From: a virus
Taxonomy: Duplodnaviria > Heunggongvirae > Uroviricota > Caudoviricetes
Virus record (IMG/VR): IMGVR_UViG_3300045988_100792
Direction: 5' to 3' (one strand)
DNA length: 31,250 nt
The notes below the pieces were generated by a model, which was not told the DNA's origin, searched no databases, and saw only the letters and a program-made list of their open reading frames with translations. Position 1 is the first letter of the stretch. Every line of letters starts with the position of its first letter. The position numbers were made by a program, and so were the translations under genes. Below, one piece after another: positions 26,109 to 31,250 of the stretch.

Positions 26109-26609
26109 TTAATGCAGATATTGCTCTGGTTTTACCGACGTCAGAATTGTCGGTGCATACTCAAACAGGCTGAATAATTCACGTAATGCACGGAACAAAG
26201 CATCACGCCAGTAACATGATTCTTCATTAATTCGCCAGTATGGCTGGTTGAATTCTTTTTCAGTCAGTCGTGCGTGCATAAATAAAGTGCGACGCTGACT
26301 GACTGTTAAAAAACTAATATATGCATACTCACTTGCGCCAACCTGACGGCGTTTTGAGAATGCGCCACGCAATTCATCAATTGCACAAACCAGCCGTTCA
26401 CGTTCGACGTCGTTCATTTCTTCAAAACGCATCGTTGCGTGACGTTGTTTTAACTGCGCATGAAAGCAAACTGTTAGCCGTTCGCGCTCCATCATCTGAT
26501 TATAATAATCACATGTATCCTGCCAGCGAGGAACGGCAAGATGCTTACCAATTATCCGGCGCATAGCTGCTGGCTGTTTTTCAACGAGATTGAGCGTCAT
26601 CACTGTCAT
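26109..26609 (-). CDS. B: Replication protein gpB (166 aa, helicase-loader-like)
   Basis: 166-aa ORF MTVMTLNLVEKQPAAMRRIIGKH...; order and length as P2 B. Confidence 0.85.
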   Translation of the reverse strand: MTVMTLNLVEKQPAAMRRIIGKHLAVPRWQDTCDYYNQMMERERLTVCFHAQLKQRHATMRFEEMNDVERERLVCAIDELRGAFSKRRQVGASEYAYISFLTVSQRRTLFMHARLTEKEFNQPYWRINEESCYWRDALFRALRELFSLFEYAPTILTSVKPEQYLH

Positions 26610-26800
26610 TTCCAGGCCCTCCGGCTTTTCAGAAAGGTCAGAGCCTTTTTTAACGGACTCTGTTTTTTGGTGCGGATAATGATTCCCTTACGCCCCTTAC
26701 CGTGGGTGATGGTGAAGTCAATCGCCCTGGGGCTTTCGTTACGCAGTAACTGAGCAATACAACGAGGCTCATTCATACGGTTCTCCTTAACGTGGTTCAC
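26606..26800 (-). CDS. Early-operon small protein (P2 orf78-position)
   Basis: 64-aa basic ORF between cox and B, overlapping both neighbours. Confidence 0.55.
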   Translation of the reverse strand: MNHVKENRMNEPRCIAQLLRNESPRAIDFTITHGKGRKGIIIRTKKQSPLKKALTFLKSRRAWK

Positions 26801-27062
26801 CGAGACCTAACCACATCAACCAGCCGTCACGAATCTCTTTAGGGCGGCTTTCATAAGCCAGTTTTAGTCCGTTATTCCATGCCGGAAGGTATACCCAATA
26901 TTCACCTGCACGACCTGAAGCTGATTGTGGATCGGTCATATCAATTACAGGCAGCTTTCCTTTATCGATCATCCGACGAACCGCTCCTGTCGATTTTCCT
27001 ATTAGTTTTGCGAACTCCTGATAAGGAATCGCATCAGTCATGAGTGTTACTTGCTTGCTCAT
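26787..27062 (-). CDS. cox: Cox: excisionase and repressor of Pc (91 aa)
   Basis: 91-aa first gene of the early operon, divergent from C; sequence MSKQVTLMTDAIPYQEFAKLIGKSTGAVRRMIDKGKLPV... has an HTH-like segment; length as P2 Cox. Confidence 0.88.
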   Translation of the reverse strand: MSKQVTLMTDAIPYQEFAKLIGKSTGAVRRMIDKGKLPVIDMTDPQSASGRAGEYWVYLPAWNNGLKLAYESRPKEIRDGWLMWLGLGEPR

Positions 27063-27075
27063 GTCGTCCTCTAGC

Positions 27076-27184
27076 CCTCATGAATTGCGTTTAATGTCTT
27101 ATAATGCCTTTTAGTGCCCACATCCAAGCACTAAACAATCTACATCTAAACTAAATACTATTGAGATCTAAACACCATGTCAAA
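27076..27184. promoter_or_regulatory. Pe/Pc face-to-face switch with C operator direct repeats
   Basis: + strand TATAAT at 27100..27105 (Pc, towards C). On the minus strand, TTGACA (RC of 27179..27184), an 18-nt spacer and TAGTAT (RC of 27155..27160) form Pe towards cox. ATCTAAAC direct repeats at 27144..27151 and 27166..27173 (22-bp spacing) flank the Pe -10. Predicted transcripts converge and overlap by about 35-40 nt. Confidence 0.6.
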
Positions 27185-27476
27185 CACGATAAGCGAGAAG
27201 ATAGTCTTAATGCGAAAATCAGAGTATTTGAGCAGACAACAACTTGCTGATTTAACAGGGGTTCCGTATGGCACGCTGAGTTACTATGAAAGTGGTCGTT
27301 CAACACCTCCAACAGATGTCATGATGAACATCCTGCAGACCCCACAATTCACCAAATACACTTTATGGTTCATGACCAATCAGATCGCTCCTGAGTCCGG
27401 GCAAATTGCGCCCGCTCTCGCACACTTTGGGCAAAACGAAACAACGTCGCCCCACTCCGGTCAAAAGACTGGTTAA
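27177..27476 (+). CDS. C: Immunity repressor C (99 aa)
   Basis: 99-aa ORF MSNTISEKIVLMRKSEYLSRQQLADLTGVPYGTLSYYESGRS... with an HTH; divergent from cox and upstream of int, as P2 C. Confidence 0.9.
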   Translation: MSNTISEKIVLMRKSEYLSRQQLADLTGVPYGTLSYYESGRSTPPTDVMMNILQTPQFTKYTLWFMTNQIAPESGQIAPALAHFGQNETTSPHSGQKTG

Positions 27477-27591
27477 CAATTCATCGTGAATATATTCATC
27501 ACAAGTGCCTACTATTGGTGGCTAAATTTCAGCCACCACGAAAAAAGCGATTAGTAGTCGCAAAAAAACACACCACTCGGAGGGTTTTCTG

Positions 27592-28605
27592 ATGGCAATC
27601 AAAAAACTCGATGATGGTCGATATGAAGTGGACATCCGCCCTACTGGACGTAATGGAAAACGCATCCGTAGGAAGTTTGATAAGAAAAGCGAAGCTGTCG
27701 CTTTCGAGAAATACACGTTGTACAACCACCACAATAAAGAATGGCTATCAAAACCAACAGACAAGCGACGTCTGTCGGAGCTGACACAGATCTGGTGGGA
27801 TTTAAAGGGTAAACACGAAGAGCATGGGAAATCTAATCTTGGAAAAATTGAAATCTTCACAAAAATAACGAATGACCCATGCGCATTTCAAATTACGAAA
27901 TCGCTTATCAGCCAGTACTGCGCCACCCGAAGAAGTCAGGGTATTAAACCTTCGAGTATCAATCGTGATTTAACATGTATTAGCGGCATGTTTACAGCCC
28001 TGATTGAAGCGGAGTTATTCTTTGGTGAGCACCCTATCAGAGGGACAAAAAGGCTTAAGGAGGAAAAACCAGACACAGGCTATCTCACGCAGGAAGAAAT
28101 TGCCTTACTGCTTGCTGCTCTTGACGGCGACAACAAAAAGATTGCGATTCTTTGCCTGAGTACTGGAGCACGTTGGGGAGAAGCAGCTCGTTTGAAAGCA
28201 GAAAATATCATCCATAACCGCGTCACGTTTGTTAAAACGAAAACAAACAAACCACGCACCGTCCCGATCTCAGAGGCTGTTGCCAAAATGATCGCGGATA
28301 ACAAACGAGGTTTTTTATTCCCTGATGCTGATTACCCTCGCTTCAGACGAACAATGAAAGCAATAAAACCGGATTTGCCAATGGGGCAAGCCACACATGC
28401 ACTAAGGCACAGCTTTGCCACTCATTTCATGATTAATGGAGGAAGTATTATCACGCTACAACGGATACTAGGTCACACGCGGATTGAGCAAACTATGGTT
28501 TACGCTCATTTTGCGCCAGAGTACCTTCAGGACGCCATTTCTCTTAATCCGCTAAGAGGTGGTACTGAGGCCGAGAGTGTCCACACAGTGTCCACAGTAG
28601 AGTAA
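27592..28605 (+). CDS. int: Tyrosine integrase (337 aa)
   Basis: 337-aa ORF with a C-terminal catalytic region containing HxxRHSFATH... and LGHTRIEQTMVYAH (R, H-x-x-R and Y signature of tyrosine recombinases); adjacent to the attP core. Confidence 0.92.
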   Translation: MAIKKLDDGRYEVDIRPTGRNGKRIRRKFDKKSEAVAFEKYTLYNHHNKEWLSKPTDKRRLSELTQIWWDLKGKHEEHGKSNLGKIEIFTKITNDPCAFQITKSLISQYCATRRSQGIKPSSINRDLTCISGMFTALIEAELFFGEHPIRGTKRLKEEKPDTGYLTQEEIALLLAALDGDNKKIAILCLSTGARWGEAARLKAENIIHNRVTFVKTKTNKPRTVPISEAVAKMIADNKRGFLFPDADYPRFRRTMKAIKPDLPMGQATHALRHSFATHFMINGGSIITLQRILGHTRIEQTMVYAHFAPEYLQDAISLNPLRGGTEAESVHTVSTVE

Positions 28606-28684
28606 CGTTTAAGGGCTTTCAGTGGTAATTTATGCCGCTCAAACCCGCATTGTACCGTTGAAAGCCCCTACTGGTGACACCCTA

Positions 28685-28711
28685 AATCTCCCTTACACGG
28701 GCTTATTTTTT
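28685..28711. other. attP: attP core (27 bp)
   Basis: aatctcccttacacgggcttatttttt is the reverse complement of AAAAAATAAGCCCGTGTAAGGGAGATT, which I recall as the P2 attP/attB core; lies between int and ogr as in P2 and is not interrupted by host DNA. Confidence 0.6.
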
Positions 28712-28782
28712 ACGCGTAATTCAATGAAATAAAAGGATTTATTTCTGGTCACGTCCACACATTGACCACATCGACAAAAAAA

Positions 28783-28810
28783 GCCCCTCGACTGAGGGGC
28801 TTTCTGTTTG
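28783..28810. terminator. Bidirectional rho-independent terminator between attP and ogr
   Basis: GCCCCTC / GAGGGGC 7-bp stem with loop GACT, flanked by AAAAAAA on the 5' side (+ strand) and TTTCTGTTTG on the 3' side; 4 nt downstream of the ogr stop on the minus strand. Confidence 0.65.
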
Positions 28811-28813
28811 TAA

Positions 28814-29032
28814 TTACATCCACATAATTTGCTGCCCTGACGGTAACGGGTGCGGCCTTACGGCGTGGACTTCTCCCGGCTTTACGATGTATCGCTGTAC
28901 CGACTCATAAGTGATGAACGTGGCGCTGCAATTCACGTTCTGACACTGGTGATAACGCTCTTTTGTCGTGTCAGTGATATAGCGGCTTGTACGCGCATGT
29001 GCGGCATGCTGGCATAAAGGACAATGAAACAT
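28814..29032 (-). CDS. ogr: Late transcription activator Ogr (72 aa, Cys4 zinc finger)
   Basis: Start taken at MFHCPLCQHAAHARTSRYITDTTKERYHQCQNVNCSATF... (CxxC...CxxxxC zinc finger); 72 aa as P2 Ogr; the listed 93-aa ORF is an upstream extension. Confidence 0.85.
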   Translation of the reverse strand: MFHCPLCQHAAHARTSRYITDTTKERYHQCQNVNCSATFITYESVQRYIVKPGEVHAVRPHPLPSGQQIMWM

Positions 29033-29113
29033 CGCGAGCACCTCTTCCGGTTTTGTTGATGGTGCCATTTTAGTTAATTTATCCTTATAAAACAAATAGA
29101 TAAAATAAAAACA

Positions 29114-30277
29114 TCACTCATCATCTTCTGTTTCGTACTCCACATCAGAAAGCCTGACCTCAAGCTCCAGGGACGTCGTGAAGCCGCTATTATTCAGAAA
29201 ATGTGTCACCTTAGTGATTGTCCAGTCCTGCTCGTCTATGACGCGCTTAAAGCCTGACACTTTAACCGGTGTTTCCGTGTAAATATCAGCCCGACCAGTA
29301 GCCAGGCTGATGGAGAACTCCGCAACACCCCGTTGCAATTTATCCCACTTCGCCTGAGCGGCGCGCATGGCCTGCGCTTTTGTGGCATATACCGTGGTCA
29401 GGGCAAAAACGTTGTCAGCCTCACCGGCCATGTATTCACCTTCGCGCGTTTCCGGTACTTTTGGCGCTTTCTTCTGCGTGACCGGTTTTGCTTTCGGGTG
29501 CTCCAGTGCGCGCAGGTGTTTTTCTTTCTTTTTGCGTTTCAGTTTTACCTTCTGCTTTTGCGGCTTCGGGTCTTTGGTGTGAAGCCACTTTGCCGTTACG
29601 CCGGTATAGGCTCCACGGTCAGCAATCGCAAAATGGTGGCGGTCGCCGTCGCTGCGGGTTATGGTGACCTGCGGGATTTTTTTACCGCTGGCCGTCACCC
29701 CCTGCCCCGCTTTGAGAAACAGCAGTTTTCCCATTTTTACCGACACCTCACCGCCGTTGCGTTCTGCAAGACGGGTCAGAAATTTCGCATCGGACTCCTG
29801 CGACTGGTCGATGTGTGGAATTTTTATTCCGGCCAGTGACGGAGCAACACTGGCTTCCAGCCTGTTACGGGAGGCTATCGCCTCAACAATCGCACCGAGC
29901 GTGGTGTCATGCCAGGAGCCTTCCCGGCGGGAATTGAGCGTCCCGCGAAAATCTGCACTCCGGGCGCGGATGGTGACCACATCTGGCGCGCCCCGGTGTT
30001 CAACCTCATCAACGGTAAATTTCCCCTTGCATACCAGGGCAAAACCTTTCCAGCCGATATACACCGTCAGGACAGCGCCACGAACCGGCAGCCCGACCTG
30101 CCCGTCGGCATCGTTCAGTTCAATATCAAGCTGGTCAGCCTCAAAGCCCCGGTTATCCGTCAGGGTCATGCTCATCAGACGGTCGCTGATATTGCCGGTA
30201 ATATCCCTGCTGTCGAGCATCAGCATGTAATCCGGCGTCAGCGTACTGCCTGCATCAAATGTCAGCGCATCCAGCAT
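29114..30277 (-). CDS. D: Tail protein gpD (387 aa)
   Basis: 387-aa ORF, last gene of the tail operon before ogr; order and length as P2 D. Confidence 0.88.
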   Translation of the reverse strand: MLDALTFDAGSTLTPDYMLMLDSRDITGNISDRLMSMTLTDNRGFEADQLDIELNDADGQVGLPVRGAVLTVYIGWKGFALVCKGKFTVDEVEHRGAPDVVTIRARSADFRGTLNSRREGSWHDTTLGAIVEAIASRNRLEASVAPSLAGIKIPHIDQSQESDAKFLTRLAERNGGEVSVKMGKLLFLKAGQGVTASGKKIPQVTITRSDGDRHHFAIADRGAYTGVTAKWLHTKDPKPQKQKVKLKRKKKEKHLRALEHPKAKPVTQKKAPKVPETREGEYMAGEADNVFALTTVYATKAQAMRAAQAKWDKLQRGVAEFSISLATGRADIYTETPVKVSGFKRVIDEQDWTITKVTHFLNNSGFTTSLELEVRLSDVEYETEDDE

Positions 30278-30756
30278 TATCCCGCCCCCGTCATACCCGT
30301 GAATTTAGTCGCCATACTGCCAGCCTTACCGATGAGCGATTCTGCCTGTTTACCGATATCGCCATAAAGCGCGGCCAGTGACTCATCAACGCGGGTGAGC
30401 GACAGCGTAAAATCAATTTTCCGTGGTGTGCCGTCTGCAAAGAAAATACTCCCTGTTTCACTCACCCTGCCGATGACATACATGCCGTAAATCATGCCGG
30501 TGCCATCCAGCAACGGCCACGCCCGGCCTTCCTCTGCCATCAGTCTGAGCGTGGTCATCGTCAGCTTGCCGCCGGTCAGTTCGGGATAAAGCACACCGGC
30601 AAGCGTGATGTTTTCCTCACCCACACCGAGAAACTGAAAGGCATCCCGTTTACCGATACGGGAATTTGACGGCCAGCGATAATCTGATTCACGCTGCATG
30701 GTCTGGTGTGGCAGCGTCTGGCGCATAAAAACAAACATACCTAACGCGAGCATCAT
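30277..30756 (-). CDS. U: Tail protein gpU (159 aa)
   Basis: 159-aa ORF between T and D; start overlaps... the D start codon overlaps the U stop; order and length as P2 U. Confidence 0.88.
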   Translation of the reverse strand: MMLALGMFVFMRQTLPHQTMQRESDYRWPSNSRIGKRDAFQFLGVGEENITLAGVLYPELTGGKLTMTTLRLMAEEGRAWPLLDGTGMIYGMYVIGRVSETGSIFFADGTPRKIDFTLSLTRVDESLAALYGDIGKQAESLIGKAGSMATKFTGMTGAG

Positions 30757-30770
30757 TTTTCGTCACCTCC

Positions 30771-31250
30771 TTAACCGTCATGCATCATGCTGGCACGGGC
30801 GCGCGCACGTTTATCCCGCTCGTATTTTTCGAGCGCATCCTGTAACTGGCGGTCAAGCTGTGTCCCCGGTGCAGTACCACCCGTCAGGCTGATGTGATAT
30901 TCGTTTTTACTCTGGTCCACATAAGAGCGGCCAGCCGGTGCCGTGACCGGCTGATAAGCCTGATAGCCTGCATAAGAGCTGGCCGCCGGAATATAACCAC
31001 CGGTGCCATACGTGGCGGCATGAGTTCTGGCGGCGGTCTGGTCAAGTGTGTCTGACTCTTTGTTGATGACCCCGAGCTTTTCCAGTACCCAGTCAATGCC
31101 GCTGCGTAATTTGTTGAACGCATTAAGCGGCAGCATCAGCGCGTCAGCCAGTGCCTGCCCGAACATGACGCCCGTGTCACGGCAACGGTTCAGGGTGTCC
31201 CGGGTGGCTTTGACCGGTGCAATCAGGTTTTTAAACCACTGCCACGCAGC
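30771..31250 (-). CDS. T: Tail tape measure protein gpT, C-terminal about 160 codons (partial, enters from beyond window end)
   Basis: Minus-strand frame open from the window end to the stop at 30771; hand translation from 31250 gives AAWQWFKNLIAPVKATRDTLNRCRDTGVMFGQALADALML... with no in-frame stop, so the listed ATG at 31166 is internal. Immediately upstream of U. Confidence 0.85.
   Translation of the reverse strand, partial: AAWQWFKNLIAPVKATRDTLNRCRDTGVMFGQALADALMLPLNAFNKLRSGIDWVLEKLGVINKESDTLDQTAARTHAATYGTGGYIPAASSYAGYQAYQPVTAPAGRSYVDQSKNEYHISLTGGTAPGTQLDRQLQDALEKYERDKRARARASMMHDG
31152..31250. repeat. Terminal inverted repeat, right copy (reverse complement of 1..99)
   Basis: Perfect 99-nt reverse-complement identity with nt 1..99; here the sequence is in its native context inside the T C-terminal coding region. 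Confidence 0.9.

Noticed and set aside
13498-29095. Longer N-terminal extensions given by the ORF track for X, L, O, P, A and ogr
   Set aside because: The track reports the most upstream in-frame start; internal ATGs with RBS-like sequences and/or start-stop overlap give the lengths expected for P2 (67, 169, 284, 590, 761, 72 aa), so the shorter forms were annotated.
1-31250. Search for CRISPR arrays, tRNA/tmRNA and rRNA genes
   Set aside because: No regularly spaced short direct repeats, no cloverleaf-like conserved tRNA sequence and no rRNA-like stretches were seen by eye; the only tandem repeat is the in-frame 132-bp array inside H.

Overview
The window reads as a nearly complete P2-like (Peduovirus-type) temperate phage genome of an enterobacterial host, written in circularly permuted form. 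Calls rest on gene order, ORF lengths, motifs visible in the sequence and my recollection of P2 proteins; no database search was run. The whole P2 backbone is present and syntenic: tail operon FI-FII-E/E'-T-U-D, ogr, attP core, int, C, the face-to-face Pe/Pc switch, the cox-B-A early operon, the cos cohesive-end sequence, P-Q, and O-N-M-L-X-Y-K-lysA-lysB-lysC-R-S-V-W-J-I-H-G. attP and cos are both intact and contiguous, so this is not an integrated prophage junction. Gene T is split across the two window ends, and the first and last 99 nt are perfect reverse complements of each other, which looks like an assembly artefact. Three places depart from the conserved backbone and are the best candidates for undescribed biology: (1) an AT-rich, opposite-strand gene for a membrane-anchored coiled-coil protein in the G-FI (Z/fun-type) slot at 4.1-5.6 kb; (2) AT-rich cargo in the A-cos (tin/old-type) slot at 20.3-22.8 kb, encoding an ASCH-domain protein and two unrelated 2-TM membrane proteins; (3) a tail fibre H carrying four tandem 132-bp repeats. 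No rRNA, tRNA, CRISPR array, transposase or IS element was seen.
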